Origin: a virus
IMG/VR virus record: IMGVR_UViG_3300027908_000005
Span: 1 to 64,000 of that record
DNA length: 64,000 bases
Reading direction: 5' to 3' (one strand)
The first letter of the stretch is position 1, and every line of letters begins with the position of its first letter. The notes under the pieces are model-generated. The model had not been told where the DNA came from. It did no database searches and saw only the letters and a program-made list of their open reading frames with translations. A program made the position numbers and the translations under genes. Positions 32,125 to 38,918 of this stretch are shown here, piece by piece.

Positions 32125-32483
32125 TGTCACGTCCGAAAACGCCCCGCATCACCGAGGAGCAACTCGTCGCACAGATCCAGACCGCCTTGACCCTTCTGGG
32201 CTATGTCGTCCTGCGATGCGGTCAACACCGAGCCGATGCCGCCGGGAATACCGAGGGCATTCCGGATCTGTTCGTCGCGAACCCGAGACGACCCGGTGTA
32301 TGGCTAGGGGCCGAGATAAAAACATCTGACGGCTCCCTTTCGAATGCACAACGGGACCTGCACGCGGCGGGGTTGACGGTGGTGGTTCGATCGGTTGAAG
32401 AAGCGGCCCGAGCCGCCGTCAAGGCGCTTGTTTGGGGAAACGACTGCCGCCCGGATTGGGCGTTGAAAGGTGACGACGAATGA
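32124..32483 (+). CDS. VRR-NUC (PD-(D/E)xK) nuclease
   Basis: 119 aa. GIPDLFV ... WLGAEIKT ... LSNAQRDLHAAG matches the VRR-NUC D ... ExK ... Q pattern. Confidence 0.6.
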   Translation: MSRPKTPRITEEQLVAQIQTALTLLGYVVLRCGQHRADAAGNTEGIPDLFVANPRRPGVWLGAEIKTSDGSLSNAQRDLHAAGLTVVVRSVEEAARAAVKALVWGNDCRPDWALKGDDE

Positions 32484-32677
32484 CCACGCCACTGACCGCC
32501 GATCGCATCACAACGCATTCCATCCACGAGGCTGAAAACCCCGCACGTTGTCCCGGCGGCATCCATCTCGGCACCTGGCGGACGCTCACCTGTGACGGTG
32601 TGACGGACGTAGTCGAATGTCCCCGATGCGGACGGCAGAAGAGCGTGCCGTGCAATTTCGATGAGGAATACTCATGA
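32480..32677 (+). CDS. zinc-ribbon protein
   Basis: 65 aa. CPGG ... CPRCG. Confidence 0.5.
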   Translation: MTTPLTADRITTHSIHEAENPARCPGGIHLGTWRTLTCDGVTDVVECPRCGRQKSVPCNFDEEYS

Positions 32678-32911
32678 CCGACCCCATCACCGCCCATCCC
32701 CCCCGCAAAACGTCTCTACCTCCTCTACGAGCAGGCGCAGGCGTTGGCGGAGGAAACGCGCAAGGCGTTGGAGCAGCATCTACGGGACGCCGGCTGGCGT
32801 CATGAAGGAGAACGGTGGTTCCGGGAATCAGGATTGGGCGCCCCGAGGCACAATCTCTACGGAGCCGTGAACCTGCAGGCGAGTTGGGAGGAGAAGGAGG
32901 AGTCCCGATGA
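32674..32911 (+). CDS. hypothetical protein interrupted by a +1 frameshift at a C7 tract
   Basis: ATGA-coupled ATG 32674 (MTDPITAHPP). After the C-run at 32698-32704, the protein-like frame (AKRLYLLYEQAQALAEE ... ASWEEKEESR) is +1 and ends in an ATGA overlap with the next gene. Confidence 0.5.
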
Positions 32912-33162
32912 AAGGCGGTTTTCTCCTCTACCGATGCCGCGTCTGCGGGAAACGCTACGACGGCGTTCACTGCCTCGATGTCTTACTGACGGTATCGGCA
33001 CTTATGACCGGCATGGAACTCCCGAAAGTCCGCAATCTCGTGTGTCATAGGGATCGTCCTGGCAATATCATCCATGAAGGCTATGCCGACTATGATGACC
33101 AGCGCGCAGGGCTTACGATTACCGACGCGGGCAAAGCCTACTTGGATAGTCTGCAACCCTAA
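32908..33162 (+). CDS. zinc-ribbon protein
   Basis: 84 aa from in-frame ATG 32908. CRVCGKRYDGVHC. Confidence 0.5.
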   Translation: MKGGFLLYRCRVCGKRYDGVHCLDVLLTVSALMTGMELPKVRNLVCHRDRPGNIIHEGYADYDDQRAGLTITDAGKAYLDSLQP

Positions 33163-33752
33163 GAGAACCTTGCTTTATAGCCCGGCTTAAACCAGGCAAG
33201 CTCGGTCGGCCCGTCATGCGCCTTGTCCCACACGAACCAGGCGTAGGCAGTTGTTCCACTGCCGGCCCGAGTGGCACCGCTCGGGTAAAAGGTGATCCGC
33301 TCGCTAAACACCCAAACGCGGCTCGGAGGGCTAACGCTAAAGATCGTGTTAGCCCGATGGGCACTCTCTAAAAACGCCAATCGCAATAGAAGGGCGATCT
33401 TCCGGTCAGTTTGCTGCAAGGCAGTTCGCAGAAATCCTTCCGCACTGTTGAACGGCGGGTTGGTTATGATATTCGTCGCCCGCCGTGTCGTCTGCAAGAA
33501 ATCGTGTCCGATCTCTCCGAACCCCCGGTCGTATAGGTCAGAACTCTCTACAGGGTTGCCAGTAGTCTTGAGGACTCTGGTCATGGAGCCATCCCCGCAG
33601 GCGCATTCCCAGATTGTTCCAGCGAACTTCTCATTGTCGATCAGTGCGTGAGTTGCCCAAACAGGTGTGGGATAGAAGTCGGGGCCGTCGAGGTCTGCAA
33701 AGCGTTTGATGGTGGGCTTGTAGGCACCGGTGAGGGAGTACGTCGGATCCAT
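33159..33752 (-). CDS. N6-adenine DNA methyltransferase (gamma-type motif order)
   Basis: 197 aa. FYPTP, then ECACGDG (motif I), then TNPPF (motif IV). Lower GC than its surroundings. Has its own promoter. Confidence 0.7.
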   Translation of the reverse strand: MDPTYSLTGAYKPTIKRFADLDGPDFYPTPVWATHALIDNEKFAGTIWECACGDGSMTRVLKTTGNPVESSDLYDRGFGEIGHDFLQTTRRATNIITNPPFNSAEGFLRTALQQTDRKIALLLRLAFLESAHRANTIFSVSPPSRVWVFSERITFYPSGATRAGSGTTAYAWFVWDKAHDGPTELAWFKPGYKARFS

Positions 33753-33793
33753 ATTGTTCTCCGAATGGGCGGTATGGTCTATCTCTCCTTTTC

Positions 33794-33822
33794 AGTATAA
33801 TTCATCTGTGAGTCCGTGTCAA
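33794..33822 (-). promoter_or_regulatory. promoter TTGACA-N17-TATACT
   Basis: Minus-strand TTGACA (33822-33817) embedded in an AGTCCG/CGGACT hairpin. TATACT at 33799-33794. Confidence 0.55.
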
Positions 33823-33841
33823 GTATGCGGACTGATTCCAG

Positions 33842-34872
33842 GTGACTCACGATTCGTGACTCATGATTTGATCGGTGCCATGTGCTGCAAATGGCCGGTT
33901 GTCAATGCCTCGTAGGTCAACCTCTTGCCTACGATCTGTCCCGCTACCTGCTGGAACCTTTGCCCGTCCTTCTCCTTGCGGGTATTGTACCGGAAATCCT
34001 GTTCCGCCAGATACCGCTCTTGATGCTGCGGCGACATGATGACGTAGGTTCCGTGATAGCACCGATCCAGAAGGTTCCAGTAACCTTCAATCCCGTTGGT
34101 GTGAGCCTTCGTGCCGTCTTCGTGCTCAATCACGTATTGCCCGTTCTTGTGGTCAACTGTCCGATGCTCGTAATGTTCAGACAGTCCGTTGTATCCCTTC
34201 GCGGAATCGGTGAACAGGTCGGCGTCTTCTTCGACGTTTTCCAGAACCTTCGCTTGAAGCGTCTCCTTTGTGTTGTCGGGAATGACCATCGTTCGGACTT
34301 CGCCGTCACGCTCGCGGAAACCCATGACTGCCGTCTTCGGGAAGCCCTTCTCTCTCATCTCCTTGCGCTTGCCGCTATGCATGTTTTTGGCTTTGCCGCC
34401 GATGTAGGTTTCATCGCATTCGACTTCGCCTTCCAGCGGCTTCACGCTACCCGACTCCATGATGTGGCGGATACGATGAAGCAGAAACCAAGCGGACTTT
34501 TGAGTAATACCGAGATCCCGCGCAACCTCACAGGAGGAAATGCCGTTCTTCGCGTTAGCGACCAGCCACATAGCCGCGAACCAGGTTTCGAGGGGAAGAC
34601 GGGAGGACTCAAAAATCGTACCGACGCGAACCGAGAAGCGTTTGCCGCAAGGTCGGCAGTTCCAAACCTTCTGCGTTCGGATGAACGAGAGTTCTCTGTT
34701 CCCACAGTAGGGGCATTCGACGCCGTTCGGCCAATGCATGTTCTTGGCATACTCGAAGCATACGTCAGGGTTGCTGAAGTATTTAATAGCCTCGACTAGG
34801 GTTTGGGGAGATTGTGTATTCATGTCCGCAGTGACCGCCTTGCCTAAAATTAGGTTGCTGATACTTAGTCAC
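33842..34872 (-). mobile_element. IS1595-family insertion sequence (ends approximate)
   Basis: Transposase gene plus imperfect terminal repeats: GTGACTCA(C/T)GAT (twice, at 33842-33869) versus the reverse complement of AGTCAC at 34867-34872. No target duplication found. Confidence 0.45.
33861..34823 (-). CDS. IS1595-family (ISXO2-like) DDE transposase
   Basis: 320 aa. N-terminal zinc ribbon CPYCG ... CRPCG, HTH (GISSCEVARDLGITQKSAWFLLHRIR), ECDETYIGGK, and a C-terminal DDE region with TNGIEGYW. Confidence 0.85.
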   Translation of the reverse strand: MNTQSPQTLVEAIKYFSNPDVCFEYAKNMHWPNGVECPYCGNRELSFIRTQKVWNCRPCGKRFSVRVGTIFESSRLPLETWFAAMWLVANAKNGISSCEVARDLGITQKSAWFLLHRIRHIMESGSVKPLEGEVECDETYIGGKAKNMHSGKRKEMREKGFPKTAVMGFRERDGEVRTMVIPDNTKETLQAKVLENVEEDADLFTDSAKGYNGLSEHYEHRTVDHKNGQYVIEHEDGTKAHTNGIEGYWNLLDRCYHGTYVIMSPQHQERYLAEQDFRYNTRKEKDGQRFQQVAGQIVGKRLTYEALTTGHLQHMAPIKS

Positions 34873-34901
34873 TAACCGGACGGTCATAAATGCGGAAAAT
34901 A

Positions 34902-34924
34902 TATCCGCCTAAAATAGGCGGATA
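34902..34924 (-). terminator. intrinsic terminator for minus-strand transcripts
   Basis: 10-bp perfect stem TATCCGCCTA/TAGGCGGATA with a 3-nt loop. On the minus strand it is followed by TATTTT. Confidence 0.5.
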
Positions 34925-34968
34925 CTGAGAATATTTTTAGGCGATTCACGGCGATTAATTCGCCAAAC

Positions 34969-34997
34969 TTGACACGCGCAACCAAATAGCCTATAAT
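34969..34997 (+). promoter_or_regulatory. perfect consensus promoter TTGACA-N17-TATAAT
   Basis: Read directly: TTGACA at 34969-34974, 17-nt spacer, TATAAT at 34992-34997. Confidence 0.65.
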
Positions 34998-35004
34998 AAT
35001 AGAG

Positions 35005-35035
35005 AGGGTCGAACAGTTCGTACCTGTTCGACCCT
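35005..35035 (+). promoter_or_regulatory. 12-bp leader hairpin preceding the tRNA-like gene
   Basis: AGGGTCGAACAG ttcgtac CTGTTCGACCCT, starting about at the predicted +1. Confidence 0.5.
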
Positions 35036-35046
35036 GTGCCGAGTGT

Positions 35047-35123
35047 GCCGCCGTACCTCAGAGGATAGAGGACCGGTCTCGTAACCCAGGAAGTCCTCGG
35101 TTCAAATCCGAGCGGCGGCACCA
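35047..35123 (+). tRNA. tRNA-Thr(CGT)-like gene with defective anticodon stem
   Basis: 77 nt. Acceptor GCCGCCG/CGGCGGC, D arm CCTC-AGAGGATA-GAGG, loop CTCGTAA, T arm CTCGG-TTCAAAT-CCGAG, A plus CCA encoded. The anticodon stem (CCGGT vs CCCAG(G)) forms only 3 of 5 pairs and has 1 extra nt. Confidence 0.6.
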
Positions 35124-35136
35124 AACCTCATCTATA

Positions 35137-35165
35137 ATGATAGCACATTAGACCGAATGTGTCAA
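35137..35165 (-). promoter_or_regulatory. antisense promoter TTGACA-N17-TATCAT facing the tRNA-like gene
   Basis: Minus-strand TTGACA (35165-35160) and TATCAT (35142-35137). The predicted transcript covers the tRNA-like gene antisense and ends at the 34902-34924 terminator. Confidence 0.55.
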
Positions 35166-35855
35166 CGGCTACGGATCATGACGGACGATCAACTAAATGA
35201 CGTGGTATCACACCAGATCGCTTTCTTCGAAAAGGAGCGATCTGACTCCCTGTCAAAAGCCCAGGAGTATCACAACAAAGCAACCGCGCTAGAGACGAGA
35301 GCGACCGAACTTGACGCTGTCATACGTAACCTGAAGGATTACCAGAATAAAATCAATGGAGTGACAACGAAGGCAGCATCTCCGCACACTCCCAACAAAA
35401 AGCCAAAGGTTGACATACGCTCACTGGCTCGTTCTTATATACAAACACATCACGAATTCACGTCAGATGAACTCTTCGGTTATATCCGCGCGTCTTTGCC
35501 TGATGCTCATGAAGGAACTATACGAGCAGAAATCAGCCGGTCAAAAAGACTGGGACGTGTAGTATCTATATCTAGGAACAAATATCGCTCACTAGAATGC
35601 CAGACACAAGAGCAGGCAACTACTGAAGAACCTGTGCCGGGTAGTAGCGAATCCCCGGAGTCTGACATGAGTTTTCTCTTACGGAGAAGAATACTCCCGA
35701 AAGAGCCAGAAGCAGTAAACAATGATCCTGAGCCAGCAAAGGAAGAAGGGCAAAAGGAAGAGGGACAACCGGAAAGTTTTCCTTTGTCTGATCGCTTCCC
35801 TTCCAATGACGATCTTGAAGATCTGGATCAGACAGATCCGTTTGCTGACGAGTAA
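35157..35855 (+). CDS. acidic protein: coiled coil + winged-helix-like core + SSB-tip-like tail
   Basis: 232 aa (or from ATG 35178). About 45-53% GC by hand count. FTSDELFGYIRASLPDAHEGTIRAEISRSKRLGRVVSI is wHTH-like. The C-terminus reads DDLEDLDQTDPFADE. Confidence 0.55.
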   Translation: MCQRLRIMTDDQLNDVVSHQIAFFEKERSDSLSKAQEYHNKATALETRATELDAVIRNLKDYQNKINGVTTKAASPHTPNKKPKVDIRSLARSYIQTHHEFTSDELFGYIRASLPDAHEGTIRAEISRSKRLGRVVSISRNKYRSLECQTQEQATTEEPVPGSSESPESDMSFLLRRRILPKEPEAVNNDPEPAKEEGQKEEGQPESFPLSDRFPSNDDLEDLDQTDPFADE

Positions 35856-36045
35856 AGACTTAACCCCGACGATTGCAGCGTCGGGGTTAGGGTACAGCGG
35901 TGCATACGAATGCTTCCGAGTCTCATCGTAAGTATACCCTACTTGCGAGTCGGAAACAAGTCCCTGCCCGCTGGAGGGGGTATATAAGGTGATACTCCGT
36001 GCCTTATTAGCCCTGGGGTTAGTCCGTACCCGACCAAAACGGACT

Positions 36046-36098
36046 GCTCAACCCGGCAGGATTTCCTGCCGGGTTGAGCCTCTACTTTTCCGTTTTTT
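36046..36098 (+). terminator. rho-independent terminator
   Basis: 15-bp stem GCTCAACCCGGCAGG/CCTGCCGGGTTGAGC with loop ATTT, followed by CTCTACTTTTCCGTTTTTT. Confidence 0.65.
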
Positions 36099-36139
36099 CG
36101 TGATATACTGAGAGTAGACTAGACGGAGGAAACCAGACT

Positions 36140-36328
36140 ATGAGTGACCAACCGTTAGAGCAGCCCGACTTACGTACGCCCTTCGAGAAGTTCGAAGACT
36201 TAGCCCGACTCGCCTTCAATACGCCGAAGTCGGTCGTAGATCAGCGGATGGCTGAGGAGAAGGAGAAGCGACGGCAGGCACGGGAGACTAAGAAGCAAAC
36301 TCCGGCGAAAGGAAACCATCATGGTTGA
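36140..36328 (+). CDS. hypothetical protein
   Basis: 62 aa. SD GGAGGAAA. Low GC. K/E-rich C-terminus. Confidence 0.45.
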   Translation: MSDQPLEQPDLRTPFEKFEDLARLAFNTPKSVVDQRMAEEKEKRRQARETKKQTPAKGNHHG

Positions 36329-36503
36329 AACTCAAAAAGTCGAGGAAAAGCCTGTTTCATGTAAACATGAAAATGTTAACAAGGAAATATGGCCTACGGA
36401 CAACGAAGGCGGAATTTGGTCAACTGGCGATTTTGTCTGCCGTGACTGCGGTCAATCATTGACGCCAGAAGAACTTGATAGAATCAGGCCAAAGCAGAAA
36501 TAA
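36321..36503 (+). CDS. zinc-ribbon protein
   Basis: 60 aa. CKHEN ... CRDCG. 8-nt overlap with the previous ORF. Confidence 0.45.
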   Translation: MVETQKVEEKPVSCKHENVNKEIWPTDNEGGIWSTGDFVCRDCGQSLTPEELDRIRPKQK

Positions 36504-36620
36504 TCCACAAAAAGAAACGTATCCTCTCAATAATCCGGGGTAACTTCGCCAAAATGGCTCGCCGATGACCTATGGCCGGGGCGAAAATCGGGCTTCCGCC
36601 CCGGATTATTGGAAAGATAC

Positions 36621-36661
36621 AAAGAAACCTGTGCAATAGAAGATTGCACAGGTTTCTTTTT
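36621..36661 (+). terminator. rho-independent (partly bidirectional) terminator
   Basis: 17-bp stem AAAGAAACCTGTGCAAT/ATTGCACAGGTTTCTTT with loop AGAAG and a T-run. Sits between the convergent plus and minus blocks. Confidence 0.65.
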
Positions 36662-36685
36662 GCTTGTTTGGCCGCCCCATGTAGG

Positions 36686-36997
36686 CTATCTATATAAATA
36701 CCATAATGTCTGCCATCCACTCACTACATTCTGTCCTGCCGCGTAGACATGAAACTGGAATCTGATCGGCTCCGGCTTGAATGCCGGTTCGGGGATCTCC
36801 ACGCCATATTGCAACATGGTTTCCAGATAGTCCCTACGCGCCTCGTCAAGATTTTGCAAAGCCTCTTCGACGGTGAAACCCATCGCCATGCAGCCGGTGA
36901 GTTCGTCGTTATAGGCCATGAAGCAGGGTTCCCCTCCGGCCTCATCCGTCTCTACGTGAGTTCGCCACGGCTGGTTTACATACTCGTCAAGTGTCAT
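36686..36997 (-). CDS. HicB-like (UPF0150) antitoxin-fold protein, no HicA partner seen
   Basis: 103 aa from in-frame ATG 36997. GGEPCFMAYNDELTGCMAMGFTVEEALQNLDEARRDYLETMLQYGVEIPEP matches the HicB N-domain pattern. Confidence 0.55.
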   Translation of the reverse strand: MTLDEYVNQPWRTHVETDEAGGEPCFMAYNDELTGCMAMGFTVEEALQNLDEARRDYLETMLQYGVEIPEPAFKPEPIRFQFHVYAAGQNVVSGWQTLWYLYR

Positions 36998-37062
36998 TTC
37001 GGCGTGTCCCTCTGCGCTAACTATAACCGTTGTATCACTCCTAACGCTGACCGCCACGAGTA

Positions 37063-37389
37063 TTACTGCGGCACCCCGAACCGGTTGACCGGCGGCACGT
37101 CCGGGATCTCGTGTGAGGGGGCGACGGGAGGGGATAGGTTCACGGGCGTCGTGCTCTGCCCATCCAGCGCCCGCTGAACGGCCATCCACAGGAAGCCCAG
37201 AGGGAGCAGCAACGACACGAACCGGGAGGACGGATAGAGGGCGTGCAACTGTGGGGCCACCGTGGGGAGCGCCTGCGCGACGGCTCCGAGTGCCAACAGG
37301 ACGGACGCGCCGAAGCGGGCCGCGAGATGGCCGCGCGTCTGGGGGACGATCGGGACGGGGTCGCCGGGCTGAATGGTTGGATTCGTCAT
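37063..37389 (-). CDS. membrane protein
   Basis: 108 aa from in-frame ATG 37389 (TAATG junction). Two hydrophobic segments. Confidence 0.45.
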   Translation of the reverse strand: MTNPTIQPGDPVPIVPQTRGHLAARFGASVLLALGAVAQALPTVAPQLHALYPSSRFVSLLLPLGFLWMAVQRALDGQSTTPVNLSPPVAPSHEIPDVPPVNRFGVPQ

Positions 37390-37712
37390 TATCCGTGCTC
37401 CTGAATGAATTGCCGACAGCGCCGATACTTCTCCGACGTGTCGTGCCCGTCCCACACGTCGGGATACGCCTGCATGTGCCAACTGACTTGGCCGCTCGGC
37501 AGATGAATGAACGCAACGGGCCATTCCGGTTCAGCGGGGTCAATCCGAACACCAGCGGGATAGCCTGCCTCTAACGCGCAACCGAGGGCCAGCATGACGA
37601 GACGATAGCGGACGCCGTACTTTTCGTCATTGGCCTCGATCGCGGCGAGGAGATTGGCGAGACGGCAGGCGTACTGTTCTTTGGTCACGGCGGAGAAGAC
37701 GTCGGTACTCAT
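37389..37712 (-). CDS. hypothetical protein
   Basis: Track ORF, 107 aa. IHLPSGQVSWHM ... WDGHDTSEKYRRC. ATGA-coupled. Confidence 0.55.
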   Translation of the reverse strand: MSTDVFSAVTKEQYACRLANLLAAIEANDEKYGVRYRLVMLALGCALEAGYPAGVRIDPAEPEWPVAFIHLPSGQVSWHMQAYPDVWDGHDTSEKYRRCRQFIQEHG

Positions 37713-37981
37713 CCCTCATCCCTCACAGCCGGCGACACCCACTCGGCCCAACTTGCCTCGCGCTCGCGTGCATGTTCGGCGTCACGGTGCAGACACGTCT
37801 CCGCCTGCCGTACCGCCGCCTCCCAGGCCGTGCGGATCGGTGCCGGGAGATCCGCAAACGCGGGCATCGGCTCCCCCCGGAAGTTGCAGTTGCCGGTCGA
37901 GGCGGCATAGGCGCGATAGGCGGACGCGGCGATTTCGTCCCAGGCCATGCCGCCGACGGCTTCTTCGGCTTGGTCGTTCAT
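37709..37981 (-). CDS. hypothetical protein
   Basis: Track ORF, 90 aa. ATGA-coupled at both ends. Confidence 0.5.
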   Translation of the reverse strand: MNDQAEEAVGGMAWDEIAASAYRAYAASTGNCNFRGEPMPAFADLPAPIRTAWEAAVRQAETCLHRDAEHAREREASWAEWVSPAVRDEG

Positions 37982-38172
37982 CGGTTCACATCCACTCCGG
38001 CGAACAATGCATGAGGAGTGACCTTTCTGGTGATATTGCGGAAGAATGCGGATTGCGATTCGATGAATGCCGCTTCTTCAGATGATGTCAAGGAAGGCAA
38101 TTTCGTCTTCACGGCATCCTCGTTCGAAGGGATAGCCGTCCGCAATGCCTTCTCGAAATTGTTCGCATCCAT
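37978..38172 (-). CDS. hypothetical protein
   Basis: Track ORF, 64 aa. Confidence 0.45.
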   Translation of the reverse strand: MDANNFEKALRTAIPSNEDAVKTKLPSLTSSEEAAFIESQSAFFRNITRKVTPHALFAGVDVNR

Positions 38173-38335
38173 AGCGTCTCTCCTCGTATATCCGTAACCG
38201 TAGGAAGATCCATCCGACTGAACAGAAAATAGAACAAAAACAGTAGAGGACTTGTGTCACAATCGGCACGGAATCGGTCACTAACACAGTGAACAGCACC
38301 GCAAACCAGAAAAGAGCGTGCATCAGCAACCGCAT
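38078..38335 (-). CDS. small membrane protein, 3' end uncertain
   Basis: 85 aa. The first 45 aa form two TM segments. The last 95 nt overlap the next gene in another frame. Confidence 0.4.
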   Translation of the reverse strand: MRLLMHALFWFAVLFTVLVTDSVPIVTQVLYCFCSIFCSVGWIFLRLRIYEERRYGCEQFREGIADGYPFERGCREDEIAFLDII

Positions 38336-38542
38336 CTATTCAACCTTTCGCGGATCACAGAACGAAATGTCCGAGATCCCCCCGCCCGTCCGATAGTGGC
38401 CGAAGAGGACGTTGAACCTGTCGATCTCGACTTCGTCCTCTGTGTCGTTGGCGGTCATGCTCTGCCAGGTTTCGCGTAGCCCTTCCGGTATCATGTACCA
38501 ATGGGCGTCCTGGTCCTGGTCGAAGAAGAAGCGTTCGGTCAT
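38336..38542 (-). CDS. hypothetical protein
   Basis: Track ORF, 68 aa, acidic. Confidence 0.5.
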   Translation of the reverse strand: MTERFFFDQDQDAHWYMIPEGLRETWQSMTANDTEDEVEIDRFNVLFGHYRTGGGISDISFCDPRKVE

Positions 38543-38814
38543 GCCGTCGCCGTCACCATTCTCAATTCGACCTGCGCCAGATACTTACACGCCTTGTGAT
38601 AGCCGCGTTGCGTCGCCTTCAGCAACGGCAGCACCATGTCGGCATCAATGGAACCGCATTCCTTCCAGTCCTCGAATGCCGACATCAGGTCGGCGTGCCA
38701 GGCGTCCCGTTCCCGTCGGGCGAGTACGAGCGTCTCCATGTCGTTGCCGCCGACCGGCGCTTGAAAGCCTTTCTCGCGTCTCTGCGCCTCTGCCCGCGTC
38801 CATCCTTCACTCAT
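38539..38814 (-). CDS. hypothetical protein
   Basis: 91 aa from in-frame ATG 38814 (TGATG junction with the micro-ORF upstream). Confidence 0.5.
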   Translation of the reverse strand: MSEGWTRAEAQRREKGFQAPVGGNDMETLVLARRERDAWHADLMSAFEDWKECGSIDADMVLPLLKATQRGYHKACKYLAQVELRMVTATA

Positions 38815-38918
38815 CAGGAGTTCCTCCACGCAGAAAAGCCGAAGATGAATCCGGCTATGAGATAGAGGCCGACGGCTCCGACTGCGACGCCGACGATCAA
38901 CCAGAATAGCCATATCAC
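38814..38918 (-). CDS. hydrophobic micro-peptide (34 aa)
   Basis: GTG 38918 overlaps the XRE gene stop (GTGA), with GGAGACG upstream. Product (M)IWLFWLIVGVAVGAVGLYLIAGFIFGFSAWRNS. Confidence 0.35.
   Translation of the reverse strand: MIWLFWLIVGVAVGAVGLYLIAGFIFGFSAWRNS

Noticed and set aside
33882-34799. 305-aa plus-strand ORF
   Set aside because: It mirrors the IS1595 transposase gene, whose product has clear family motifs. The antisense frame has none.
35047-35123. The tRNA-like gene as a frameshift-suppressor tRNA explaining the C7 frameshift at 32698-32704
   Set aside because: Its anticodon is CGT (reads ACG), whereas the shift site is CCC-CCC-C, which would need a Pro-type quadruplet reader. 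There is no link beyond coincidence.
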